The position numbers and the translations under genes are program-made. Shown in pieces: positions 29,471 through 38,825 of a stretch of 64,000 nucleotides of DNA (positions are counted from its first letter, which is position 1; each line of letters opens with the position of its first letter). Below the pieces are notes generated by a model that made no database searches, was not told where the DNA came from, and was given only the letters and a program-made list of their open reading frames with translations. This DNA is from Candidatus Latescibacterota bacterium (GTDB lineage Bacteria > Latescibacterota > UBA2968 > GCA-2709665), in assembly GCA_965248435.1 (NCBI GenBank), contig OZ252100.1, positions 2,464,001 through 2,528,000 of the forward strand, given 5' to 3'.

Positions 29471-30484
29471 TCACATCGCCTCAAAACCCATCTCTGGATT
29501 CAACTGGCCCCCTCCGCTCATCTCCTTTCCATCTAAATAGATCGTAGGCGTCGACAGCATCACGTCCCAGTGGTAGAGGCTGTGCCCAACCGTGCCTCCA
29601 AGCTCCGGGTACTGAAACCCGAACCCGAAGTCCAGCGCCGCAAGCTTGCGTTCATCTTCCATCAGATTTCCCGATATGCGGGCCGCCGGGTTCATCCCGA
29701 TGCTGGCGTGACACAACCTGTATACCTTCTCGTCCCTGGCGCCGATCGTTTCCAGCCAATTTCGTATGAGATCCGCCTCAGGTCCACCTTCGACACGCAT
29801 GATGATCCCGTTTTCCACGAACAGGGAATAGGGCGTGTGGACCAGCCTGTTGTGGGTATCGCTTGCGTCCACGACAATCACGCCGTTGATCGTCTCTTCT
29901 ACAGGCGCAACATTCACCTGGGCGCCCGGGAAGAAATCGATCTCGCCGTCGTAGGAAATGGCGCCATCCCCGAATTCGCTTTTCACCTTACGCGGTATCA
30001 GCTCATAGGTCAGATCGGTTCCCTGCGGTGAGGTCACCCGACAGACCTTCGTCTTGTTCCACAGCGCCTCTACGCGCTTGCAGTTGCGATTCATGGCATC
30101 GATGTCGACGTCAAGCACTGCGCGGAGACAGTAGTCCTCGATCCCGTTCACAACCGTGGACAAGATACGTGCACCCTTCTCCAGGGCCTCCAACGTCGCG
30201 GGATCGCGCACAATCCCACCGCCGAGGACGAGCACCAGCTTGCTGCCGAGGATCGCGCCCTTCAGAGAGGCCCCCAGCTCCTTTCCGGCATCTCTGTGCG
30301 TACGCTTCTGGACGATCATGTGGGTGTCGGCGCCAGCAACGATGCCCGCCGTGAAACAGGCCTGCACCAGGTTCATGTCCGTAGCCGTGTCGGCTACGAT
30401 CAGGAGCGGATCGCCTGGCTCAGGATTGACCAGACGGTTGATCACGACGTGCGCAAACTCTTGCCAGAAGACGACTGAACGCAT
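29471..30484 (-). CDS. M29/leucyl aminopeptidase-like metalloenzyme (2,5-dihydroxypyridine dioxygenase-like fold)
   Basis: VTSPQGTDL, NGVIVVD, HASIGMNP.A, EDER and HWD motifs. Confidence 0.7.
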   Translation of the reverse strand: MRSVVFWQEFAHVVINRLVNPEPGDPLLIVADTATDMNLVQACFTAGIVAGADTHMIVQKRTHRDAGKELGASLKGAILGSKLVLVLGGGIVRDPATLEALEKGARILSTVVNGIEDYCLRAVLDVDIDAMNRNCKRVEALWNKTKVCRVTSPQGTDLTYELIPRKVKSEFGDGAISYDGEIDFFPGAQVNVAPVEETINGVIVVDASDTHNRLVHTPYSLFVENGIIMRVEGGPEADLIRNWLETIGARDEKVYRLCHASIGMNPAARISGNLMEDERKLAALDFGFGFQYPELGGTVGHSLYHWDVMLSTPTIYLDGKEMSGGGQLNPEMGFEAM

Positions 30485-30543
30485 GGTCTTCTCCCTTAGT
30501 TACCAGGAAAGCAGGACGGAGCAGCTCACATTTGGATACATCT

Positions 30544-30575
30544 AAGGGGTTACGCCAATTTTGACGCAACCCCTT
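30544..30575 (-). terminator. Hairpin downstream of tRNA-Leu
   Basis: AAGGGGTTGCG...CGTAACCCCTT. Confidence 0.55.
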
Positions 30576-30583
30576 GATTTTCT

Positions 30584-30672
30584 TGGTGCCGAAGGTGGGA
30601 CTCGAACCCACACGAGCGCTAAGGCTCACAGCGCCCTGAACGCTGCGCGTCTACCAATTCCACCACTTCGGC
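30584..30672 (-). tRNA. tRNA-Leu (CAG)
   Basis: GCCGAAG/CTTCGGC acceptor stem, encoded CCA, anticodon arm CAGCG-TTCAGGG-CGCTG, long variable arm, GTTCGAGTC T-loop. Confidence 0.97.
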
Positions 30673-30708
30673 ACCTCTTAAATCCGGTCCCTCGAACAGG
30701 GCAAAATC

Positions 30709-30737
30709 AATATACTTAAACGTTTTTTGCTTGTCAA
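30709..30737 (-). promoter_or_regulatory. tRNA promoter
   Basis: TTGACA-17 nt-TATATT. Confidence 0.75.
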
Positions 30738-30758
30738 GAAAGGGGCCCAGGAACCCCG

Positions 30759-31298
30759 CTACCCGACGTCACCTCTCACCTCCCCAGTACCCAGTCCGAT
30801 GCGCTTCGCTACTCGAAACCGATCATCCGGGGCGTCGTCTCTCCAGATCAGACTCACCTCCTGCGCGCCAAAGGTGAGCGGCTGCCATCCGTCCTGAAGC
30901 GCAGCGATTAATTCCTGTGATTCTGGTCTGCCCATCGCCTGGCCAACGCTGAGATGTGGCTTGAATCCCCCTGGGTACTTCCTGACTTCATCGCAGTCCG
31001 GCACCACCTCCCAGAGCGACGTCTGAAGTCTGACAAGGTCGTCTTTCGGTTCCGGTGAAAGCCACACGGTGGATCCCCTACCCGTGTGGTCGAAACTCCT
31101 GAACTCCCCCAACTTTATCTGAAACGGCGGGACCTCTACGCAGGCCGCTGAGAGTGACTCTGTTAACCCATCGAATTCCGTTCGGGGCATAAACGGATAA
31201 ACCAGTGTGATATGGGGCATCCATCGCCTGACCTGGCGATCGTGGATCTCACGGATGGCTTGAATCGGGGGCCAGATCTCGGTCGGCGGAATCATCAC
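30759..31298 (-). CDS. 2H phosphoesterase (2'-5' RNA ligase family); true start possibly about 30 nt upstream
   Basis: PHITL and PHLSV HxT/S motifs. Confidence 0.85.
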   Translation of the reverse strand: MMIPPTEIWPPIQAIREIHDRQVRRWMPHITLVYPFMPRTEFDGLTESLSAACVEVPPFQIKLGEFRSFDHTGRGSTVWLSPEPKDDLVRLQTSLWEVVPDCDEVRKYPGGFKPHLSVGQAMGRPESQELIAALQDGWQPLTFGAQEVSLIWRDDAPDDRFRVAKRIGLGTGEVRGDVG

Positions 31299-31666
31299 GA
31301 TTGCCGTCTTATGGGTCTTTCTGGCGACCTGAATCTCTCCTTATTCAACTTGACGTGGTCTGGAACACATTCTAACCCGTGAACTCGCGGTTCATTATAA
31401 GATAAGTTGTTGTAAAAACAAGCTTTAAACGCACTTCTTTTCGCTTGACAATACAGAGTTTCTCCCCTATTTTCTTATGTACGCACATTGTATTGGCTTC
31501 CTGATCGGGGGGAGGGAAGCTGCTTTACCGAGCTTAAACATAACCGTTGGGAATCGGGGATAACCGCGTCGGGCGGCGTGCGGTTTTCCTATACCTGAGC
31601 GGTTTTTTTATATCTATTTCGTTCGGGCGACCTATCTCCTCGGATAGCCCACAGCTGGAGCCGTGA

Positions 31667-33088
31667 ATGCAGGAAGCGAACGAGGTCGAAGCCCTACAGT
31701 ACATCGAAAAACTCAATGACCTGCCGACGCTGCCGACCATCGCAACACGCGTCGTGAGCGTCACGTCAGATACGGACACGTCCGTCAAAGAAGTCGCCTC
31801 TCTGATCGAGAAGGACATGGCCCTTTCTGCCAAGATCCTCCAGGTCATCAACTCCACGTTCTACAGCTTTTCCCGCGAGATCGTCAGCGTACCCGAAGCC
31901 GTAAGCCTGATGGGCTTTACCCAGGTCGGAAATCTGGCCCTCGGCTTGTCGGTCGTCGAGGGCTTTCCAAGGGGACGGATATTCGGATTCAGCTTTCCGG
32001 AGTTCTGGGAGCGATCCGTGAGCAACGCCGTGGCCGCGGTCATGGCCGCCTCCAAGCTCAAGACAGAGGTCCCCGGCGGTATATTCACGACGGCCCTGCT
32101 GCAGGACATCGGCACCTACGTCCTGGTTCGATACCTCCCCCTCGCCTATGGGGATTCAGCAGGCGTGAGCCGGGAGAGGAGTGTCCACCGGGTGCACGCC
32201 GAACGAGATGTGATGGGGACCGACCACGCCGAGGTCGGTGCCCTGTTGTCAGAGAAGTGGAACCTGCCCCAGGCCATGCGAGTCGCCATCCGTCACCACC
32301 ACTTTACTGAATTCAGCCCCAAACTCGATCCGGAAATTCCCCAGAACGGCGAGGCGACGATGGTGAAGATCATCAACGTCTCCAACTTGATAACCGACGT
32401 GCTGTATGAAGAAGATGGGGAAGACCGACGGCCCGACCTGGATCAGCGCGTCAACGAGATCCTGGGCCTCCGACCCAATGATGTGGATGAGATCCTGGGC
32501 AAGCTTCCCGAGGAGATCGAAGGCATCAAGTCCCTCTTCCAGCTCCACACGATGCAGGAATCCGACGTCGAGGAGACCTATCACGAATCCTGCCCGAAGT
32601 GCGGCTCCGGAAAGAGCGTCAAGTACTGCGCGGACTGCGGGGGCTCGCTGATCCGGACGGGACCGGAAGAGGCACGAGAGGCCAGGAGAAAGATCGTCGT
32701 CGCCGAGGACTCGGAGGCGATCAGGACCGCCATCGTCTCATTGCTCAAAAAGCGGGGCTACAAGGTCTTAATCGCGATCAACGGAGCGGAAGCCGTAGAA
32801 ATAACGAAGGATGAACAGCCCGACATGGTCCTCATGGACATCCGCATGCCGATCATGGATGGAATCGAGGCGTTGAAAATCCTCCGACGTGATGTCCGCC
32901 TGCAGTCCACACCCATCGTGATGCTGACCTCGATCACGGACCTCAACACCGTCACCGAGGCGATCGAAGCCGGGGCGAACGACTACATCGCAAAGCCCTT
33001 CAAGGTCAGCAAGCTCCTCGAAAGCATCGAAAAATACGTGCACGCGAGTGCCGGCCCGGATCCTGCCTCCGAATACAACGTCAATTAG
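31667..33088 (+). CDS. HDOD + zinc-ribbon + receiver domain signalling protein
   Basis: LPTLP, DHAEVG..L.EKWNLP, CPKC..C..CG and AEDS..DIRMP..DG..KPF motifs. Confidence 0.9.
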   Translation: MQEANEVEALQYIEKLNDLPTLPTIATRVVSVTSDTDTSVKEVASLIEKDMALSAKILQVINSTFYSFSREIVSVPEAVSLMGFTQVGNLALGLSVVEGFPRGRIFGFSFPEFWERSVSNAVAAVMAASKLKTEVPGGIFTTALLQDIGTYVLVRYLPLAYGDSAGVSRERSVHRVHAERDVMGTDHAEVGALLSEKWNLPQAMRVAIRHHHFTEFSPKLDPEIPQNGEATMVKIINVSNLITDVLYEEDGEDRRPDLDQRVNEILGLRPNDVDEILGKLPEEIEGIKSLFQLHTMQESDVEETYHESCPKCGSGKSVKYCADCGGSLIRTGPEEAREARRKIVVAEDSEAIRTAIVSLLKKRGYKVLIAINGAEAVEITKDEQPDMVLMDIRMPIMDGIEALKILRRDVRLQSTPIVMLTSITDLNTVTEAIEAGANDYIAKPFKVSKLLESIEKYVHASAGPDPASEYNVN

Positions 33089-33104
33089 CCTTCCCGACCC
33101 CGCC

Positions 33105-33794
33105 TCAGATCAGATCAGGCCGAGCTACAAGGAGCTCGGCCTCTTTTGTGATTCGGATGGCGAATGGGGCCCGGTCGATATCCAGCGCGATTTCACGATC
33201 TTCAGGATGGAAGTGCGGCTGCTTCGGATCGCCGAATTTCTTTGACTCGTGCGCGTCGAGAATCAAACTTTTCACGGCCTCTGGATCCGGCTGCAGTCCC
33301 CTCAGCAGGTTACGCAGGTAGAGCGCACACTGTTCGTCCTCATCTGTACGCTCCGCAGCAGCCCAGCCCATCGCCACCAGCGTCACGACGTCTGGGGCGT
33401 CACGCAGAATCGCCTTCGCCGTTCCGCCCGCCACCAAAAGGGACCCTGCGTAAATCTGCGTGGCCCGTGTCGCGGCCGCCACGCCCACCGTGCCGGCCCG
33501 CGTCGACTGAATCAGCGTCTTCCCGGCCACATCCACCCCGGAGAGCTCGTGGGGAGAGTTGCCGAAGTCAAACCCTTCGGGGCGTTTCCCATCCACTTCG
33601 CCCACGCACAGACTTCCCACACCGCTCGCCTTGAGTGACAGTGCCTCGTCCACCTCGGCCACGAGAACGATCTTCTCCGCGCCCCGGAGAAACGCCACGG
33701 CCGCCGTCGTAAACGCCCGGTAGACATCGATGATGACCACGGTCCCTTCGGAGTTCTGTGCCCCCGCCAGAAGGCTCTCCAGTCGAATCTCCAC
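33105..33794 (-). CDS. comB: 2-phosphosulfolactate phosphatase (ComB family)
   Basis: VVIIDVYRAFTT, GFDFGNSP, STRAGT and EDEQCA; AAGGAG before GTG 33794. Confidence 0.85.
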   Translation of the reverse strand: MEIRLESLLAGAQNSEGTVVIIDVYRAFTTAAVAFLRGAEKIVLVAEVDEALSLKASGVGSLCVGEVDGKRPEGFDFGNSPHELSGVDVAGKTLIQSTRAGTVGVAAATRATQIYAGSLLVAGGTAKAILRDAPDVVTLVAMGWAAAERTDEDEQCALYLRNLLRGLQPDPEAVKSLILDAHESKKFGDPKQPHFHPEDREIALDIDRAPFAIRITKEAELLVARPDLI

Positions 33795-33821
33795 CCGATT
33801 CTCCTTTGATAGCACAAGCGA

Positions 33822-33848
33822 TTGAGACGCCCCAACGGGGCGTCTCAA
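33822..33848. repeat. REP-like palindrome
   Basis: TTGAGACGCCCC-AAC-GGGGCGTCTCAA. Confidence 0.7.
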
Positions 33849-33858
33849 CAGCGACGGA

Positions 33859-33907
33859 TGACGGTTTTACGGTACCCGGTACCCGTGTTTTGACTTCCCG
33901 GTGCCCG
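33859..33907 (+). repeat. GGTACC-unit repeat copy at the 3' end of ndh
   Basis: GACGGTTTTACGGTACCCGGTACCCGTGTTTTGACTTCCCGGTGCCCG. Confidence 0.8.
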
Positions 33908-35210
33908 ACTTACCCCTATCTCCAATCACCGGCAGAGGATCCAGCCCCGTTATCAGCCTGGCGCCCCGTTTCCTCGTGAAAAAATTCCACGCCCACTGGA
34001 AGAGCACGAGAACCTTGTTGTCGAACTCGATCAGGTAGGCGATGTGGATAAAGATCCACATCAACCAGGCCGGGAAGCCGCTGAATCGCAGGAAGCCGAA
34101 GTCGGCAACCGCCGCCTTTCGGCCGATCACCGCCAGGTTCCCCTTGTCGCGATATCGAAAGGGCCGTGACCGCTTCCCTGAGATCCGGGCACCGATCTGC
34201 GAAGCGACGTACCGGCCCTGCTGCATCGCCACCGGTGCGATGCCCGGCAGGGGACGCTCTCCTTGATGTCCAAAACACGCAAGATCTCCGATCACGAAAA
34301 GCTCGGGATGTCCGGGAACCGTCAGATCGGGCGCTACGATAACCCGTCCGGCTCGGTCCAGCGCGACGCCCGTCTCACGGGCAATCATCGCCCCGAGCGG
34401 TGAGGCCTTCATCCCAGCCGCCCACAGGACCGTGCGACACTGGATCTCTCGCTCGATTTCGCCCTGCATCACCGTAACAGAACCATCCTCGATCCGCGTC
34501 ACCAGCGTCCCGGTGCGCACCTCTACACCCAGTCGCTTCAAAGCGCGTTCAGCTCGGGCCGAAAGCAGCTGGATACGGCGGGAGCACGCGGTCCGTCCCC
34601 TCCAGCAGAAAAACTGCCGCCTCCCGCGTATCGATATGTGAAAAATCCCGCTTCAGTGTGTTGTGGGCCAGTTCGGCCACGGCACCAGCGAGCTCGACGC
34701 CCGTCGGACCCCCGCCCACGATCACGAAGTTCATCCACGCACGACGCGTCTCCGAGTCCGTTTCTCGCTCGGCCGCCTCGAAGGCCGTGAAGATGCGCCG
34801 CCGGATCTCGAGCGCATCTTCGATCGACTTCAGTCCGGGTGCGGTCTCGCTCCATTCCGGATGGCCGAAATAGTGATGACTGGAACCCGTCGCGATGACC
34901 AGGAGGTCATACAGCAGCTCACCGTCCCGGAGCACGACGCGACGGTCCGACACACTGAGGTCCACGACTTCCGCCTGAACGACACTGACATTCGGTGACC
35001 GGGCCAGGACGGCCCGCAGCGGAGAGGCGATGTCCCCGGGAGAGAGGCCGCCGGTGGCCACCTGGTAAAGCAGCGGCTGGAAGAGGTGAAAATTTCTTCG
35101 GTCCACCAGGGTCACGCGGACCCGGAATCGACCAAGTCGCTGGGCCGGTAAAGTCCGGCAAAACCGCCGCCTACGATGACCACGTGAGGCACGTCCTTTT
35201 CCAAAGCCAC
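33867..35210 (-). pseudogene. ndh: Type II NADH dehydrogenase, frameshifted at about 35147 and 34567
   Basis: VVIVGGGFAG, FQPLLYQVATG, VGGGPTGVELAG and APVAMQQG spread over three consecutive frame segments. Confidence 0.88.
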
Positions 35211-35352
35211 TGGATTACCTCATTACCCGGATCTTGACAAAATCCATTCGGAAAGATATACTGTCTTCACGCCTCCGAGTCTGGATAGGCGATTCCCGGG
35301 CTCTGCGCGAAAACCGAAAAGGGTGTGGCCGGGACTGAACCTGGAGACAAAC

Positions 35353-36216
35353 GTGGACAGAGAAGACATCCGACTGGCCGTCCGAAACATCAGGAACCTT
35401 CCAACACTTCCCACCGTTGTAACCCGAATCCTCGAGGCCGCTCAGGACAAGAGTGCCAACGCAAAACAGGTGGCCGAGATCGTATCCAACGATCAGTCCA
35501 TCTCTGCCAAGGTACTCCAGCTTGCAAACTCCGCCTTTTACGGTTTTTCCAGACAGATCACCACAATTACCCAGACGGTCGTCATCCTCGGGTTCGACAC
35601 CGTCAGAAGCCTGGCCCTCAGCGTCTCCACCTTCAACACCCTGTCACAAAACCTCGAAGAGAGCAACTTCGACCGCGGTGGGTTCTGGCTGCACTCCATC
35701 GGCTGCGGCGTGGCAACCAGGCCCATAGCCAAGAAGCTTGGTATACGCGACGCCGGAACACTCTTCGTCGCGGGCATTCTTCACGACCTGGGAAAAGTGA
35801 TTCTGGACAACTACTTTCGGGAGCCTTACGAGCTGGCGGTCCAAAAAATGAAGTCCGAAAGGCGTGCCGCGCACGAAGTCGAAATGGAGATTATGAACAT
35901 CGATCACGCCGAAGTCGGCGGCTGGCTCGCTTCCCGCTGGCACTTTCCGCCATCCCTCATCGTTCCCGTCCAGTACCACCACGATCCCCTGGCCGCGGAC
36001 GAGGAATATCGCAGAGACGCCATGATCGTTCACCTCGCGAACATAATGGCCAAGCAGCTCCAGATCGGCGTCTGCTACGAGGCGGAAGTCCCGGATCCAG
36101 ATGAAGCCATCCTCAACGAGTTGAACCTCACCCCCGATGACATCCAGCTCCTCCTGGAAGAACTCGAGGGCGCCAAAGAAGAGATCGACGAATTCTTCAA
36201 GTATCTGCACGGATAG
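35353..36216 (+). CDS. HDOD domain protein
   Basis: LPTLP, ANSAFY, FWLHS, GILHDLGK and HAEVG motifs. Confidence 0.92.
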   Translation: MDREDIRLAVRNIRNLPTLPTVVTRILEAAQDKSANAKQVAEIVSNDQSISAKVLQLANSAFYGFSRQITTITQTVVILGFDTVRSLALSVSTFNTLSQNLEESNFDRGGFWLHSIGCGVATRPIAKKLGIRDAGTLFVAGILHDLGKVILDNYFREPYELAVQKMKSERRAAHEVEMEIMNIDHAEVGGWLASRWHFPPSLIVPVQYHHDPLAADEEYRRDAMIVHLANIMAKQLQIGVCYEAEVPDPDEAILNELNLTPDDIQLLLEELEGAKEEIDEFFKYLHG

Positions 36217-36329
36217 TTCTCAGGCATCAGAACCACCCGTCTCGAGTCCCCTCTTTTGGAAGGGGATTTTTTTTTTTGATCCTCTCTGCACCCTCCGCGC
36301 CTCTGCGGTAAAGTTTGTTTTTCGAACGG

Positions 36330-36435
36330 TGAACGACGGTTTTACGGTACCCGTGTCTTGCTTTCCCGGGGCGACGCCTGCGTCGCCCCAAAACCGTCAG
36401 GTCTCTGTAGCCCATCTACTGTATCCCGGTACCCG
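36330..36435 (+). repeat. Composite GGTACC/REP element (about 105 bp)
   Basis: Colinear with 51508-51618; contains a GGGGCGAC..GTCGCCCC hairpin. Confidence 0.85.
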
Positions 36436-36462
36436 AGTCTTTACGATCCACGATCCACGGTT

Positions 36463-36810
36463 TTAAAGCATCTTCTTTAAAGCCATCCACGTCCGTTCCA
36501 GCGTCTCGTCTATGTCTGCCTCCGTATGCGCAAGCGAGATGCTCCCCTGCTTCGTCGCCACCGGAACTGTTTCCAGAACCTTCTGCACCGCGCCGGTCAC
36601 GTCCGGATCTGCGTGTCCAAGAATGTAGGGTGCGAACGCAGCGTGATAGTCGATGTACTCGTTCCCGTCCGCGTCCCACACCCGGCATCCCTTCCCCCGA
36701 ACGAAAGCGATTTCAGGTTCCACCGCCCGATTCACGGAGACGAATCCCCCTGGAATCACCTTCCGGTTCCGCTCGTGAATCTTTGCTGACTCTCGATGGC
36801 TCAGACCCAC
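36463..36810 (-). pseudogene. Class III aminotransferase (GSA-AT-like) remnant with a large in-frame deletion
   Basis: N-terminal IPGG.VS..R, WDADGNEYIDY and ILGHA fused directly to C-terminal SLAHTEADIDETL; only 115 aa. Confidence 0.75.
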
Positions 36811-36880
36811 AGTCCTCTACTCCTTCCTGTGCGGCTCGATCTTTTTCGTGGAATTTCGTGTGCTTTCGTGATCCAGCCTT

Positions 36881-36910
36881 TCCGCAATCCCAAATCCGCA
36901 ATCCGCAATT
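36881..36910 (-). repeat. Heptamer tandem repeat (ATTGCGG-type)
   Basis: TCCGCAATCCCAAATCCGCAATCCGCAATT; related tracts at 3348 and 38039. Confidence 0.8.
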
Positions 36911-36975
36911 AAAAAGGGATCCTGCCTTTCCTCCGGATCCCCTTCTCGTTCTATCTCTCACACTGAACGTTCCGG

Positions 36976-37977
36976 CTATCGCGCTTCCTGGAAGAACGCC
37001 TCTGCCTCCTCCACATCTTCGGCGCTTCCGATCACCAGCGGCACGCGTTCGTGTAGTGCCTTTGGCTGTTTATCAAGAATGCGCTCCCAACCCGTCGAGG
37101 CCAGCCCACCTGCCTGGTGGACGACGAAGGCCAGGGGTGCGGCCTCGTACATCAATCGAAGCTTCCCCTTTCCTGACTTTCGTTCCGGCGGATAGAGAAA
37201 GATCCCGCCCTTGAGCAGGTTCCGGTGAAAATCGGAGACCAGGGATCCGATGTAGCGTGCCGAGTAGGGCCTGCCGGTCGCCTTGTCTTCCTCCTTGAGA
37301 TGGTCCACATATCTCTGAACGCCTGGATCCCAGCGATGATAGTAGCTCTCGTTGACGCTGTAGACCTTCCCACGCTTTGGGATCTTGATATCTTCGTGCG
37401 ATAGCAGGAACTCGCCCACGGTGGGATCGAGCGTAAACCCGTGCACCCCAAGTCCCGTCGTGTAGACGAGCATCGTGCTCGAGCCGTAGATGATGTAACC
37501 CGCGCACAGCTGCTCTGATCCCTTCTGCAGGAAATCGTCGAGGTCGGCCCGCTGACCCTCCTTCTTCGCGCGGCGAATCGAGAAGATCGTACCGATGCTC
37601 ACGTTGACATCGATGTTCGACGACCCGTCCACCGGGTCGATCAACAGGACATATTTCCCCAGAAGCTTCTCATCCGGAATCTGATAGATCTCCTCCATCT
37701 CCTCCGAGGCCAGCCCTGCCAGGTGTCCGGTGTGATCCACCGACTTGATGATCGTGCTGTTCGCGTATTCGTCCAGCTTCTGCACTTCCTCCCCGTGTAC
37801 GTTCATCCGCCCAGTAAGCCCGAGCACCTGAGCCAGACCGGCCTGATTCACCTCCCTGGAAATGATCTTTCCCGCCGTCGTCAGCTCCGAAAGCAGCTCC
37901 GTGAACTCACCCGTCGCTTCGGGAAGTTTACGTTGTTCTTCAATAATGAATCGCGTCAGTGTTGTACCTTTTTCCAT
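36976..37977 (-). CDS. fbp: Class 1 fructose-1,6-bisphosphatase
   Basis: QKLD, SEE, DPVDGSSNIDVN.SIGTIF, RYIGSLV.D and KLRLMYE motifs. Confidence 0.96.
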   Translation of the reverse strand: MEKGTTLTRFIIEEQRKLPEATGEFTELLSELTTAGKIISREVNQAGLAQVLGLTGRMNVHGEEVQKLDEYANSTIIKSVDHTGHLAGLASEEMEEIYQIPDEKLLGKYVLLIDPVDGSSNIDVNVSIGTIFSIRRAKKEGQRADLDDFLQKGSEQLCAGYIIYGSSTMLVYTTGLGVHGFTLDPTVGEFLLSHEDIKIPKRGKVYSVNESYYHRWDPGVQRYVDHLKEEDKATGRPYSARYIGSLVSDFHRNLLKGGIFLYPPERKSGKGKLRLMYEAAPLAFVVHQAGGLASTGWERILDKQPKALHERVPLVIGSAEDVEEAEAFFQEAR

Positions 37978-38038
37978 GGTTTTTCCTGTCTTGTCGCGCC
38001 TACAACTTCAGATCTTCTTTACTGCCGCTTTTGCCCTT

Positions 38039-38128
38039 CAATCCGCAATCGCCAATCCGCAATCCGCAATTGACTCACTCGACTTTCCCGACCCACGATA
38101 CCCGTGTTTTGTCTTCCCGGTACCCGGT
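38039..38128 (+). repeat. Heptamer tract followed by a GGTACC unit
   Basis: CAATCCGCAATCGCCAATCCGCAATCCGCAAT, then ACCCGTGTTTTGTCTTCCCGGTACCCG 5 nt from the stop at 38132. Confidence 0.75.
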
Positions 38129-38131
38129 TAA

Positions 38132-38716
38132 TTACTTCTCTTCTACCAAACCCCCTGCTTCTAAGATGCGCCAGAAATCAACATCCGCCTGGTGCACGAT
38201 CGTGTTCTCCAGGCTCCGCACAACGAACTCCCCCTCCGCCGAGTGCCCGCCTGCGATATGCGCGACTTCCTCGGGAAGCCCAACGGTCAGGCAGATGTGA
38301 ACGCCATACCCGGGGTGTCGGATCGAGGGCCACCCTTTGGCACGAGGATCTTCCTTCCAGCGCACCTGGCGCTCGGGATCGAACTCCCAGGGTTTGCCCA
38401 CGTCGTGACACAGCCCGCCGGCGATCAGGGTGTCCCTGTCGACCTTCAGGTCCGGAAACATCTCCATCAATTCGTCAGCGATGCGCACGGCCAGCCGGGT
38501 CACGCCGCGGATATGGTCTGTCTGTGTACCTGACTTGAGCGGTGGGGTATCCGGGTTTCCCGAGGGTCGGATCTCGGATATCGATCCGAAACTGCTCCCG
38601 GCGAGCGAAGTGGCCCAGGCCTCGACGACCTTGTCCCGTAGCTCGGGATCCGAAATGTCCTCCACCTCTGGCAGGTCCTCACGAACCCTGGATCGCAGTT
38701 CATCTGTCACGGTCAT
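38132..38716 (-). CDS. HD-domain phosphohydrolase
   Basis: DH..GV, LCHDVGK, RH..YG and HQAD motifs. Confidence 0.88.
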   Translation of the reverse strand: MTVTDELRSRVREDLPEVEDISDPELRDKVVEAWATSLAGSSFGSISEIRPSGNPDTPPLKSGTQTDHIRGVTRLAVRIADELMEMFPDLKVDRDTLIAGGLCHDVGKPWEFDPERQVRWKEDPRAKGWPSIRHPGYGVHICLTVGLPEEVAHIAGGHSAEGEFVVRSLENTIVHQADVDFWRILEAGGLVEEK

Positions 38717-38825
38717 AGCCTACCCAGCCCCATATGAAACTTGGAGTGCTTCTGGCGCAATAATCTATTTCCCTCTAAACACGATGTCAAGCCAAGTCCC
38801 ACCGGATTCCTTTTTTTGACACCCC

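Noticed and set aside
30584-30672. tRNA-integrated island or prophage
   Set aside because: No integrase is present, and no duplicated tRNA 3' end was seen in the window
31500-31666. Riboswitch upstream of the HDOD-receiver gene
   Set aside because: Only a weak hairpin with T-runs is visible, and no aptamer consensus was recognised
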